Below, in pieces: positions 26,449-38,720 of a DNA stretch of 64,000 nt. This stretch comes from Chrysemys picta bellii (lineage: Eukaryota). The translations under genes and the position numbers were made by a program. The stretch covers positions 283,712,001 to 283,776,000 of the forward strand of contig NC_088791.1 in the NCBI RefSeq assembly GCF_011386835.1, in the 5' to 3' direction. The notes below the pieces were generated by a model that made no database searches, was not told the DNA's origin, and worked only from the letters and a program-made list of their open reading frames with translations. Each line of letters starts with the position of its first letter. Position 1 is the first letter of the stretch.

Positions 26449-26571
26449 TTAATCTCTTTGATTGTACCAACTTCTGTTGGTGAAAGAGACAAGCTTTCGA
26501 GCTTACAGATCGGTGTAAACTCAAACACTTGTCTTTTTCACCAACAGAAGTTGATCCAATAGAAGATATTA
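26449..26571. repeat. Fold-back hairpin, probably from Penelope-like pLTR ends
   Basis: Arms 26468-26493 and 26528-26553 pair with one mismatch in 26 bp. Contains AAGCTTTCG, the reverse complement of the CGAAAGCTT word in the pLTR at 42364-42372. Confidence 0.65.
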
Positions 26572-27078
26572 TCTCACACACAACATGGGTGAGCAGGAAA
26601 GGTGGAAAGATGGCGTGAAGCTTGTTTTTGTGTTCCCCTATCCTGAGGACATTGTGTGTAATGAGGTTTGTCCCTCTGTGCCAGGCTAGAGAAGCCTAAA
26701 GACTGCTCCAACTCATGTCTGCTCCCAGTTTTGCTACATCAGCTGCAAAATTGTCTTCTTTTTCTTTACTATATATATCACAGTAGTGCTGAGGGGGCCT
26801 CAGTCAGGAACAGGGCCTTTTTATGTTAGGAGCTCAACACATATAAAGATACAATCCCTGCCCTGAAGAGCTACAGTTTAAAATGCCTTGATACTAGTCC
26901 TTGAAAAACATTTTCTCTCCAGGAAATAGGGAAATAACAGTGTTTCTTGTATGAATGAAAAACAGTGTCATAGTGAGATAGTACAATAGATGATTTACCA
27001 CTTGGTCTTTGATCACCCTTGTGTAATGAAGCATTGAAACAGTTTGGCTCATCTATATCCTATGGGTTTGGACTTTCA

Positions 27079-27324
27079 GGGTATGTCTACATTGCAATTA
27101 AACACACACAGCTGGCCTGTGTCAGCTGACTCAGGCTCTCGGGGCTTGGGCTATGGGGCTGTAAAATTGTGGTGTAGACATTCAGGCCCAAGCTGTACCT
27201 GAGCTCTGGGACCCTGTGAGAGCCAGGCCAGACAGAACGTCTACAGTGCAATTTTACAGCCCCTCAGCCCAAGCCAGCTGACAAGGGCCAACTGAGGATG
27301 TTTTATTACAATGTAGCCATACCC
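27079..27324. mobile_element. PIF/Harbinger-like MITE
   Basis: TIRs GGGTATGTCTACATTG / CAATGTAGCCATACCC with a 3-bp TCA duplication on both sides. Confidence 0.8.
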
Positions 27325-29029
27325 TCAAAGACTTATGCATTTGAATATAGGGCTGATTAAAATTTTTCTGTCAAAACTGTCTTTCAACAGATAACTGGGT
27401 TTTCAACAAAACAATTTTTGTTTTGCGAGCCAACCCCCGGAAATATTTCCAGCTGAAAACCCAAAATCTTTCAATTCTGAAATGATGCCAGGATGCCTCA
27501 TGGGAACTGTACTTTTGGTGCTTGATACCCCTGTCCTTCTCTGTGGACGTTCCCCCTGCCACTTTACACTCACCTTGAACGGGTGTAAATGACAACACAA
27601 GGTGCAAAGCACTGGAGAATCAGCCGTGATATTTTTGAGTTGACAGAACCCCTTTAATTATCGCAAACTATTTACAACATTTTAATGTTTTATTCTGTTA
27701 ACATAAACCCACAGATTTTCAAGCAGCCATTTTGTATTTTTAGAGAGAAATAAACTAAATCAAGTTTTACCACAACACAAATAATTGCTACAAGCCAGAA
27801 TTTCTGGGCATCACGTTAGTATTCAGAAAGGGCTGCCTCATGAGATCCAAATATAGCTTTCAAAAAAGGGTACCTTCCAATAGCTTGCAGGTGCAGAGAC
27901 CATCTGCACAGAGAAATTCACTGGCTCTGGTCCATCGTAATGTTACCATACAATATCTGTCACTAAATTACAATGTCATGTTGGTAATATACTTTCCTCA
28001 CATTTGCAAACTTTAATTGTCTGATTGTTTGATTTTATACGGTAATATTTTACAAGTAAACACAATCATGAGAGCATGTACTGTAGATGCACAAATAATT
28101 TGAACAGTCAAGCTGTATTATGTTTAATAGAATTATGTATAAATTTTGTTTGTTTGCAGTTTTATAGATTAAAAAATGGGATATATAAAGCTCCAAGGGC
28201 TGGGATATAATATACACAGTGTTAATTTATTCCAAGAATAATAATTAAGTCATAAGTAGACAAACAAACAATAGTTTGAATAAATAAATAGACTATAAAA
28301 ACAGACTGTTCTCTTTAGTCCTGAAGTTGTCTGGTGTGCAAAACAATTCTGCATGTCTGAAATAATGTCTAAGGAACTCAAATAACTACAAGACACAGAT
28401 GTTCTAATGGTACAATAGGCAAAATTAGTGCTGGGAATAACTCCACTGAAGTCAGTGGAGTCACATGAGGGATAAATATGGCCATTGGAGTCAGTTACGT
28501 GAATTATCAAAATGATTCTCATTGTTACTCCCTCTGCAGGAGTGTCATTTTTTAAAAAAGATATCTATGTGTATCTATCTATATATCTATATTTGTGATT
28601 TTTATTTTCCTCATCTTGAAATTAGGGGTGTCATGTTGTCTAATATCAACAAATTGGTACATATGATGTTCCTGCATTCAGAAAGGGTGATGTTATGGAA
28701 TGTCAGCAACACTTATCTCTTACCAGTGTTCTTTGTAAAGGCAACTGATGAAAGTTCCAATGTTATACTGAGTTGCATGTAGGCAGCTGGGTGCCCAGGT
28801 GCATCCATTTGTAGGATTCAGCTATAAGTTATCACTTTTAACTAAATGCCCAGACACTTCGTACAGTCAAACATCACACTTAAAAAAAAAAACTATTTAA
28901 AAAACATAATAGAAGAGATCACGATAGCACGTCAGATAGACACTAACGGCATACATTGGAAAATACGTACTTTCTATTTATAATTTGGCAGGAACTGAAT
29001 CCATTTTCATTGGTACTCATGTTGACAAT

Positions 29030-29293
29030 TCAGACTGGAAATAAGGTATAATTTTCTTGACAGTGAGGATAATTAACCATTGGAACAGTTAAATAAGAGT
29101 CATGGTGGGTTCTCAATCACCAACAATTTTTAAGGCAAGCTTGAATTTTTTTTTTCTGAAAGATCTACTCTTGGAATTATTATTATTTTTTGGTGTGTGG
29201 GGAGGGGGCGGACTCTGTGGCCTGTGCTATACAGGAGATCAAACTATAAGATCATAATGGTCCCTTCTACCCATGGAATCTGTGAATCTATGA
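29030..29293 (+). mobile_element. CR1 LINE 3' end
   Basis: AGTGAGGATAATTAACCATTGGAAC (ORF2 end) through GATCATAATGGTCCCTTCT...GAATCTGTGAATCTATGA, the CR1 octamer-type tail. Confidence 0.85.
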
Positions 29294-29824
29294 CACAGCT
29301 GGGTATCTGTGGCAACAGTAATCATAGGGTCACATACACAACAATATAATCAAGATTTTATCATCACTTCCACTATAAGATCACATTTTCAAGAATTAAT
29401 AACAATATTATAAAGACTGATTTTTTTCCCCCAGAAGAATCTTGGCATATCTGGTCAGAGCACAATTTTTTTTTTTAATCTTACAGGAAACAAAATCTTT
29501 AGTTTTGTTTCTGTTTGAGACAAGGAAAGCTTTATAGCTTCACATATTATTTTTTCTAGCAATATTGTCCACCCCATCTTATGATTTTATAATAATGAAA
29601 TGTCAGAGGTACTTCATCTTCATTATATATTTAAGATTTCTAAATATGTTTTTCATATAACCAGAGTATTAGAATCTAAAAAAGTACCTTCTACTTAAGA
29701 GTTGTGAATAATAATAATAATAATATCAACAAGCTGCCCTTATAAAGCATTTACAGTTGGGTATAAGGTACTTATATAGTCCCCCGTACCCTAATGCCAC
29801 ACAATCTTTAATATATATTTTTCC

Positions 29825-29897
29825 CACAACACCTCTGTGAGGTAGGGAAATACCATCATCCTCTTTTTACAGATGGAGAACTGAGGCACAGAGGGAC
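29825..29897 (-). mobile_element. MIR-like CORE-SINE relic
   Basis: ACAACACCTCTGTGAGGTAGG...TTTTACAGATGGAGAACTGAGGCACAGAG matches the MIR core. Confidence 0.75.
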
Positions 29898-30187
29898 TAA
29901 AATCCAGATCCACAAAGAGATTTGGGTGTTGCAAAGCCTAACTGTTAGGCTCCTAGCCAACTGGCAGAATTAATAAACCCTGAGTTAGGGGACAGGGCTG
30001 CCTATACAATGCAAGGGGAGAGATAGCATCTGAGAATGGGATCCACAAAAGCCAGCACTCTAGCAGGGAGCCACTAAGCTAGCCAATGCAAATGCTGATG
30101 AGAGGGGGTGCTGATGAGAGGTGGTCTGAGCTGCAAGAAGTCACCTCCCTCTCTTTGGGATCCACAGCTAGGAACCTCTCTCCTAAG

Positions 30188-31000
30188 AAGGGTTGCCAGG
30201 TGTCTGGTTTTTGACTGGAATGTCTGATGGAAAACGGACCCTGTTGGCTTTAACTGCTGACCGGGCAGTTAAAAGTCCGGTCAGCAGCACAGCAGGGCTG
30301 AGGCAGGCTCCCTGCCTGCGATGGCTCCATGCGGCTCCCAGATGCAGAAGGATGTCCCCCCTCAGGCTCCTATGCGTAGGGGCAGCCAGGGGGCTCCGTG
30401 CATTGCCCCCACCCCAAGCACCAGCTCCACAGCTCCCAATGGCCAGGAACCACAGCCAATGGGAGCTGCGGGGGTGGCGCCTGCAGATGGGGCAGCGTGC
30501 AAAGCTGCCTGGCCCCACCTCCATGCAGGAGCCGGAGTGGAGACATGCCACTGCTTGAGGTAAGCTCCCCCTAGAGCCTGCACACCTGTCCTCTCCCATG
30601 CCCCAACCCCCTGCCCCAGTCTTGATCCCCCTCCTACCCTCTGAACCCCTCGATGACAGCCCAGAGCCCCCTCCCACACCCTGAACCCCTCATTTCTGGC
30701 CCGACTGCAGAACCTTCAACCTGAGCCCATAGCCCTTACCCACTCCCACACACCAACTCCGTCTGACCCCAGAGCCCACTCCCATACTCTGAACCCTTTG
30801 GCTCCACCCTCCAGCCTGGAATCCCTTCCTGCACCCCACACCCCTCATCCCTGGCCCCATCCCAGAGCCCTTAGCCCCAGCCCAGAGCCTGTACCCCAAT
30901 CTCCTGAGCCAGCCTGGTAAAAATGAGTGAGTGAGGATGGGGAGAGTGAGCAATGGAGTGAGGGGGGCGGGGCCTCAGAGTACGGGAGTGATAGGGGCAT
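30188..31000. mobile_element. Non-autonomous hAT-like element (AGGGTTGCCAGG terminus) nested in a TAGGCACCTAA-family repeat
   Basis: Left terminus AGGGTTGCCAGGTGTCTGGTTTT, GC-rich body with CCCCAGAGCCC runs. Right terminus not resolved. Confidence 0.6.
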
Positions 31001-31759
31001 GGGCCTAATTTCACCAAACAGCTGGTAGGGGGAGATTGCCTCATTTCTAACCTTTAGACCATTGGTTAGGGAATGCATCTGGGATATGGGAGATGCTTGT
31101 TGATGCAGATGCTGCCTGATAAGAAGAAAAGATCCGAACAGGGGTATCCCCTTTATCAGTTGAGTGCCTTAACCACTGAACTATAGGGCACTATAATGAT
31201 GGTCTCTCTCATTCTCTCTTGTTGAAGCTGATCCACTTTGTATAAATAATTAAACATGCATTGGACCAGAGAGAAAGTGAAATTACAGCTCATGGAGAAT
31301 AGGGACTTCACTCTCCTCAGGGGCCAAAGCCATCTCAAAGGGGGCAGAGAAAGTGGGGACATCTTTCTCTTGTGATATTGGCCAGCAGAGATCTCTAGGT
31401 GTGTAGTGACTTATAAAGAACCATTTGGGAAGATCCTGAGTAGCAAAGGGAACAGTTTAGATGAGGCACCAGGAAATCTGTGAGGAGATGGCTAGGAAAT
31501 GTTAAGCTGCAACTGGAGTAGCCAGTTCATTTAATTTAATAAGAATTAACTCCTCCCATGTTATCACACAGTACTTGGCACATGAAACAAGGAGTGCAGT
31601 GAGGAATTTGCTGCATCATCCTAAAGTGAGCAGTGTGGAAGGCATACACCCCTCTCCTAATTGTTTAAGCCAAGTACATATATGGATCAGTGTGCCATCT
31701 CTTTGAATTTCTAAGGCCTTGGTCCTTCGAAGAGCTCTGCAGAGGCACAGGGATTTACC

Positions 31760-32450
31760 TGTGTGATTCTTATGTTTTGGGGATCACCCAGACCACTGTG
31801 GTGTTAAATTACCGCTTGCTCTGTAACCTTGGGGTGACTTTATACAGAATCCCTTACTGGTCTGGGTGATCCCCAAAATGACATAGTTGTGTAGTCATTA
31901 GAGAAGTTGCACCCCAATATCAGCACACTCCAAACACTTGCAAAATGGACCCTAACAGATCTAGAACAGAAGGACAGTCTTGAAAGTAAAAGGCTGTTTC
32001 TGAATGATGGATCCCCCTTAGGCCTGGGGGCATGCTGGGAAACTGTTCAAAGGCAATAGGTAACTTGTATTTGAAAAGGGAATGTATCTAATATAGAAGT
32101 GTAAAGTCCAAAGTTGTGTCTGTTTATTTTCTGTGTAACTTGTACATGTTTATTTTTCCCTAAATATTTCATCTTTGAATCTGTGATTTTCTATTAAATA
32201 AACATTTTGTTTATTTTTATCCCAGGCAGATATCTGGTATGCAAACGGAGTGGAGTGTGTGTGCCAAAGTGAAACTGGGGGCTGTTTTCACTGCTTTGGG
32301 GGTGATGAAACAGAGGTGAGAAGTCTGAGTCTCTGATAATTAACTCGAGAAGGACAGTTTTGGGGAGACTTGAGAGACCAGAAGCATCTCTTGAGACAGG
32401 CTCAAGGCCTAAATAATGAATAGAATTGCTAGTCAGGTATTCAGCTGGCA
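31760..32450. mobile_element. Fragmented LTR-like repeat with an internal fold-back
   Basis: LTR-like words (CTGTAACCTTGGGGTG, AATAAACATTTTGTTTATTTTTATCCCAGG) and a perfect 21-bp inverted repeat at 31775-31795 / 31858-31878. Confidence 0.4.
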
Positions 32451-34129
32451 AAACAATGTAGACTAGAATATACAGAGGACCAATGCTATTTGGTGAAGGT
32501 GTAGGATGTATTCTATTGTCCAGTAAACGAACAAATAAAAACTCAATCTACAGCTTGCAAAATGTGTTGGCTAAAGAGCTATTTGATAACTGAGGGTCAT
32601 TGTCAAAATTTTGCAACAGGAAATTCTAAACGGATGATTACCCAATGTGTTAACCAGCAAGTTCCTGAAAAGAGAAGAATAGATATTCACATGTGTCAGA
32701 TGCATATCACTTGCACAACCTTTGAACCAGTGAAACAACTCTATACACTGTTCTCCTGACTAACTACGGGTCTGAGTCCTGTTTTGCTGGGAGCAACATA
32801 GGTCATAAACATAGTATACTCCAAATTAGGGTAGCTATAGTTGTATGCTCAGTGTACTAGATTAGCAGCTTTAAATGAATTTATTTATCTAGCCACACTT
32901 GTTGGACAAAGCTTCTCCATCTCATATTTTTTTTCTTTATCTCTCCCTCCACCGCAATATCCCATTAAGAATATTGAGGATATATATAAGTGATGTTGCA
33001 TTTTTTGGAGTCTAGGAGAATACAGATAGATGCAGCAAGTGACTGGCAGCCCCTGCAATTCATTCATAGGGGAGTCATGTTTATTGCTGACATATTTGTG
33101 AAAAGTCATGGGCCTGCATGGGGCACCAACAGAGCAGGGATTATATGCCACACTTTGAAAACATTTTGGAATATTGAGCATAATGAAACAAACTGAACAT
33201 CAATTTTATGTTTCAACTGTATTAAAAACTAGCTAAATCTGAGGAGGAATTGGGCCAAATTACTGCTCCCACTTTTATTATAGTTAAACGGTTTAATGTG
33301 CTCAGTAAGGAAAACATTAAATGGAAGTGCTCTTCCCCTTGTTAAACTTTCATCATTTAAGCAATTGTAAGGGTAACTTATTATAAACACTATATAACAA
33401 TGTCTATACACTGTAATTAGGTAATACATTGGACTTCCAGCTACATCCTATTATAACCACAGTACAAATTTATTCTACAAAAGTATTTTTAGTGTGTCAG
33501 GAACCTTAATTGAGGCAGGAAATGTTTCTTTCTTCTGGGATTTAAAGAGTGAGACGCATACCAGGTTCCCAATTTTCCCTGCAAGACTATGAAACCTCCT
33601 ATTTATAGGCATTTCATGTACAAATTAGATGTTGCTATAACAAGCAACTCCCCTACTTCAAATCCTCAAAGATACACTTTAGACCTTTAAACTTCATCTC
33701 AGAATAATCAATATAAATGAATTATCTTTAATACCGGTGCAAACAATTTTTAAGATGGAATTTTATTAGTAAAAAAGCAGCCAAACTGTCATGTCTATGA
33801 TGTTATGTGATAGGATGCAGTGCCAGCATGAATATTATGTTATATGTTCAAATGCATAGTCATCTTAGATATTAGCCTTACCAATTAAGCTAATGTTGTA
33901 GTTTACATTTCACTGGCACTGAAATTACCATTGTTTCCAAGTGATTTGCAAGTTATGCTATTCAGTTAGTTATGGGAAAGAACTTTTAGGTTTTTGTAAC
34001 TGGCTGGAAGTGGTTTCCTGAAACACCTCTTTCTGTTGATCCTTTTGGGAAAGGGTTAAGTGGATTATGTTGACTCAGCTAGATACAAGAGGAACAGGAG
34101 TGGGTCCCTGGAAGGGGGTGGGTTATGGG

Positions 34130-34704
34130 TAGGGCCCTACCAAATTCACGGTCCATTTTGGTCAACTTCACAGTCATAGGATTTTAAAGATCATAAATTT
34201 CATGATTTCAACTATTTAAATATGAAATGTCACAGTGTTCTAATTGTAGGGGTCCTGTCCCAAAAAGGAGTTGAGGGGGGGTTGCAAGGTTATTGTAGTG
34301 GAGGTTGTGATACTGCTACCCTTACTTCTGCGCTGAAGGCAGAGCCACCGCTAGCAGCAGTGCAGTAGTAAGGATGGCATGGTATGGTATTGCCACCCTT
34401 ACTTCTGCGCTGTTGCTGTGGCGTGCTGCCCTCAGAGCTGGACCCTCAGTCAGCAGCTGCCTCTCTCTGGCAACCCAGCTCTGAAGGTAGCACAGAAGTA
34501 AGGGTGGCAATACCACAACCCCCCCCAAAAATCAACCTTGTGACCCCCCCCGCAACTCCCTTTTGGGTCAGGAAATGCTGATCTCCCCCGTGAAATCTGT
34601 ATAGTATAGGGTAAAAGCACACAAAAGAACAGATATCACATGGGGAGACCAGATTTCATGGTCTGTGATGCGTTTTTAATGGCCGTGAATTTGGTAGAGC
34701 CCTA
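34130..34704. mobile_element. Non-autonomous hAT element (TAGGGCCCTACC termini)
   Basis: TIRs TAGGGCCCTACCAAATTCACGG / CCGTGAATTTGGTAGAGCCCTA. Degenerate TSD GTTATGGG / GTCATGTG (6 of 8 match). Confidence 0.88.
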
Positions 34705-35187
34705 GTCATGTGTGTAAAAGTAGCCAAGTCTGGTGAGAAAGCTTATGCTGAACTTTGTTATAACACATCCTATTGCTAATTTCCCTGTTATTAAAGCTGG
34801 GATGGCAGAAAAAAAAATAAGTTGTTGCCTCAACTCAGTGTTGGATTTTTAGAAGAAATTTGGAAAGTCACCTGCTCACAGGCTTACTGCCCTTTCAGAG
34901 TCCTTCTCCATTGTTATCTTGGAGCCATTTTGTATACTGTCCTATACTCCCCAAATTCCTCCGTAGGCCAGTCTGCTTTTCTTGTCTTTCCATCTTCAGT
35001 TCCCACTTTGGTACATACTTGTAGAAGGAGGTCTATAAATCACAAGCACACTTCCCCAATGAAAGTAATGTACACATTCTAAAAAGTACCAAACGCAAAC
35101 AAAATCATTGTGGAATTAAAGAATCACAGTTAACACACCATTCAATCACAGTAAATTTCAAGCATTTATCATTGTTTAATTGATAAC

Positions 35188-35570
35188 TCAGATGCATAGA
35201 CTTTAAGGAAGGGACCATCACGATCATCTAGTCTGACTTCCTGCACATTGCAGGCCACAGAACTTCACTCACACACTCCTGGAAAATATTCCTAACCTCT
35301 GATTGAGTTACTGAACTCCTTAAATCATGATTTAAGGATTTCAAGTTACAGAGAATCCACCCTTTACACTAATTTAAACCTGCAAGTGACCCATGTCCCA
35401 TGCTGCAGAGGGAGGTGAAAAACTCCCAGAATCTCTGCCAATCTGAGCTGTGTGGGGGGGGGGAGAAGAGCAGGGGAATTCCTTCCCAACCCCAATTATG
35501 GTGATCAGTTAGACCATGAGCATGTGGGCAAGACCCACCAGCTAGAGACATGGGAAAGAATCTTACTATG
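35188..35570 (-). mobile_element. CR1 LINE 3' end
   Basis: CATAGACTTTAAGG..AAGGGACCATCACGATCATCTAGTCTGAC, the reverse complement of the CR1 3' UTR. Confidence 0.8.
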
Positions 35571-36905
35571 CCTTGATCCTGCAAGTGGCTATATGAGCAC
35601 ACCTATGTGTGGAGCTCCATTGATTTCAGTGGGAGGGGTCTTTGAAGGCACAGGGCTGGACCCACACACAATCAGTTACAGGAATGGCTCCTTAACTTGT
35701 AAAGTCTTTGAGGCAGGAACTTTGTCTTTCCATTAATCTGTAGTGCACGTAGCATGCTGTTGATGCTATACAAATAGGGTCAGATTGTACCTGTTCCTTG
35801 TACACGAAAGGGAAAATTGCAAGAAACATTCTCCATTTGCATGCACCTTTCACAAGTTCTTTTCACAGTTGTAAACTCTGTTCTAAGGAATAACTAGAGA
35901 GCACATTCTAAATGGATTTTCCCTATAACACCCCTGTGAAGTAGTGAGATACTGTCATCACATTTTACTGTATCAGCCAAAATCTTGCTTTTATTTATTT
36001 GCTTCTTTTTAATTGTCTTTAATTCTATTGCTAGAGTGCTCAGAGCTCTGGATGGATGTTATTTGGTGTGGAGGATCTACATCTAGATAAGTATATGCTT
36101 TTTATCTTCATCCCATTACTCTTAATTATTCCCCCTTTGTAAATTCCTAAGTAATTCCTCTCCCTTCTTTTTTGGCCTGAGTGATTAGCCAAAACTTGGA
36201 GCTTTGCAGGTGGTTTCTGCTAGGAAGACAGATAGATGATACAAAGTTAAATATTTATTTGCTGCAATCCTATGTGTGTACAAAGATTGTGCACAAAGTG
36301 CTGTTTCCCTGAACACAACAGGATCAAACATCAGGAGGCAGTTACTTTTCTCTCAATTCTAAGCCTGTCTTTTCCAGCCAGCATTCTGCCCAAAAAGCTC
36401 TCTTTTACTCTCAGCTTTCACTCTGGGCAACACTATTGCTTTTCTTGATGCCTCTTCCCTTTTCTTGTCCTCTCTGTCTGTGACTGTCCATAGACACCCC
36501 CACCCCCACCAAATAATATACAGCCCACTGCTGTTGCATTTAGTCCAAGAGAGATTCCTCCACCCACATAGCTCAGCTTCTGACCAGTCTTACATGTTGC
36601 CTGTGTTTTTGGCAGTGGCTGAAATCATCTTTGGTATCTTATGCCAAAAAAGAGCTTACCTGCTTTTTACATTTATCGTGAGTGACAGATGGCCATCTTG
36701 CCCACCAATTGCAATCAAGTTTCACTCAAGTGCTATTATAACAATATAGTCCAGCAATGATTAATGATATAAACAATTTCATTTTTCTTTTAAAAATCAC
36801 CTCAATCTAAAATTAATTAAAACATATAAAAGGATGTTCAAAGGTATATATTATACTTTAATTTAAAAAAAAAAAAAGGATTATTTTTTTCTTGTTATTT
36901 GCTTT

Positions 36906-37581
36906 TGTAGCAGGGTGAACACCTGCTCTGGACCTAGAGGGGTTAGTAAAGCCCTGCAGAGGGCTGGGGCTGGGCAAGGTAAAACCCTGGCTGATTGGGG
37001 GAAGTGGCTGCAGCTAGGCCATGCCCCAATCAGGCCTCAGCTGGCCTGTATAAAGAGGCTGGGAGCCAGTCTCTCTCTGCCTTCAAGAAGAGATGGTCCT
37101 GGCTGTAGTGAGTGACAGACAGAGTAGCTGAGTGGAGCAGGGCTGGGGAAAGGCTGAGGAGCTCCAGCCTGGAAAGCCCTAGGCTGTGGCCTAGTAGAAG
37201 GCCAAAGGGTACTGGGGGTTGCAGAGGGCAGCCTAGGGCTAGTCCAAGGCAGCAGGTCCAAACCTCCTTGCCTGTGATGAGTGGTCTATACTGCTGTCTG
37301 CCCCAGGGAGCAGGGGCTAGTTGGTGACTGGCAGTGGCCTTATTCTGAGGTGAGGTAGGGATAGTGGGTGGTGGGTTCCCTGGGGTGGGGAGATCCTAGT
37401 ACTGAGGTCTGTACTGCCAGGGGGCAGCACCCCAGATACAAGGGCACTGGGGTCCAGGAGGGACATGGGGGCCAGAGGACAGGAGGCTCACTGCCTGCAG
37501 GGGGTGCTCAAGGATGCTTGAAGAGCAATTCCTGGAAGAGACCAGCAGGAGGTGCTGCAGGGGTGAGTCTGCTACTCTACA
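36906..37581 (+). mobile_element. Solo LTR
   Basis: TGTAG...CTACA inverted ends, perfect 5-bp TSD GCTTT (36901-36905, 37582-37586), TATA-like TATAAAG near 37050. Confidence 0.88.
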
Positions 37582-37770
37582 GCTTTTGGAATCTGAAAAG
37601 TAGTGTGATTTCCTTTTTAGCTTTGTTTTTAACAATGTGATGCTGGCACTATCTAAACTAATTAAAATGCAATGTTGTAGGTCTGCTGTATTACCAAACT
37701 ATCACAAAACAGCCAAATGTCAAGAATTTCAACAATCCCTGTAACTGTATAACAGGGATAGCAACAATGA

Positions 37771-37772
37771 TA

Positions 37773-37803
<31 letters not shown>

Positions 37804-37807
37804 ATAT
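37771..37807. repeat. (TA)n / (TAGA)n microsatellite
   Basis: Direct reading. Confidence 0.9.
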
Positions 37808-37929
37808 GACAGATGACTATTTGTATCATCACAATGTGTTTATTCATCATTTTCTGTATACAAATGAGTCTCAAGCTTCTTTAAAAATTTGCAATAAAAG
37901 CCTAGTTCACTATGAAAAAGGTCAAGCAA

Positions 37930-38119
37930 TTAATGGAGATATCCCATCTCCTAGAACTGGAAGGAACCTTGAAAGGTCATCAAGTCCAGCCCCCTGCCTT
38001 CACTAGCAGGACCAAGTACTGATTTTGCCCCAAATCCCTATAAGTGGCCCCCTCAAGGATTGAACTCACAACCCTGGGTTTAGCAGGCCAATGCTCAAAC
38101 CACTGAGGTATCCCTCCCC
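37930..38119 (-). mobile_element. Tortoise PolIII/SINE (tRNA-derived head, CR1-like tail)
   Basis: Minus strand GGGGAGGGATACCTCAGTGGTTTGAGCATTGGCCTGCTAAACCCAGGGTTGTGAGTTCAATCCTTGAGGGGGCC (A and B boxes), ending GACCTTTCAAGGTTCCTTCCAGTTCTAGGAGATGGG. Confidence 0.93.
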
Positions 38120-38124
38120 TCAGA

Positions 38125-38345
38125 GGGACCTAACCCTGTAAGCTAGGCCCCCAGCATCTGGCTTCTCTGGCAGCTTCTGAGCCCTGGGGTGGGGCTTTTA
38201 TACTTCCTGTCCTGCACTTTGACCTTTGGGGGGCAGGCCCAGGCTCCAGTGGCTCCGCCTACTTTGGCATCCGGAGGGGCGCGTCCCTCTCTGGGGTGGC
38301 CGGGAGCCAGGCCGCCTCACTACAGACCCCAGACTCCATCTTGGG
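38125..38345 (-). mobile_element. LTR-like fragment
   Basis: GC-rich. The minus strand reads CAGGAAGTATAAAAGCCCC, a TATA-like LTR motif. No termini recognised. Confidence 0.35.
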
Positions 38346-38524
38346 TCAGTAACTGAACAAACAGGGGCTATGGAATTTGTTTGGGACAGTAAATTTCTGT
38401 CCACATGTCAGAGCATGTAAAAAGACACCTGAGACATCTCCTTTTTGTCTTCATTTCCCACTTTTCTCTGGACTGGATTTTTAACAAGGAAGCTTTAAAC
38501 AAGGATCAATGACAATACACCTGA

Positions 38525-38720
38525 GTGGATATAAATTTTATATCCACATAAATCGGTATCTGTGGAGCTGCAGGGCTCTACCGGGAACTGCAGCGGCAAA
38601 AGCAGCAGCAGCATGTCAGGCCGCCGCTCCCAGGAGCCTGTGCCAGCAGCTCCTCCTGCATGGCTTTACTGCTGCCAGCCCCGCCCACTGGGTGGGTAAC
38701 AGGTTCACTGACAGCTGTCC
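38525..38720. mobile_element. GC-rich DNA-transposon fragment (hAT-like)
   Basis: Starts with the perfect palindrome GTGGATATAAA-T-TTTATATCCAC followed by GCAGGGCTCTACC. Termini incomplete. Confidence 0.4.

Noticed and set aside
38040-38119. tRNA-like sequence with A and B boxes (also 57965-58041 and 58165-58240)
   Set aside because: Each continues into a CR1-like tail, so these are SINE heads, not tRNA genes.
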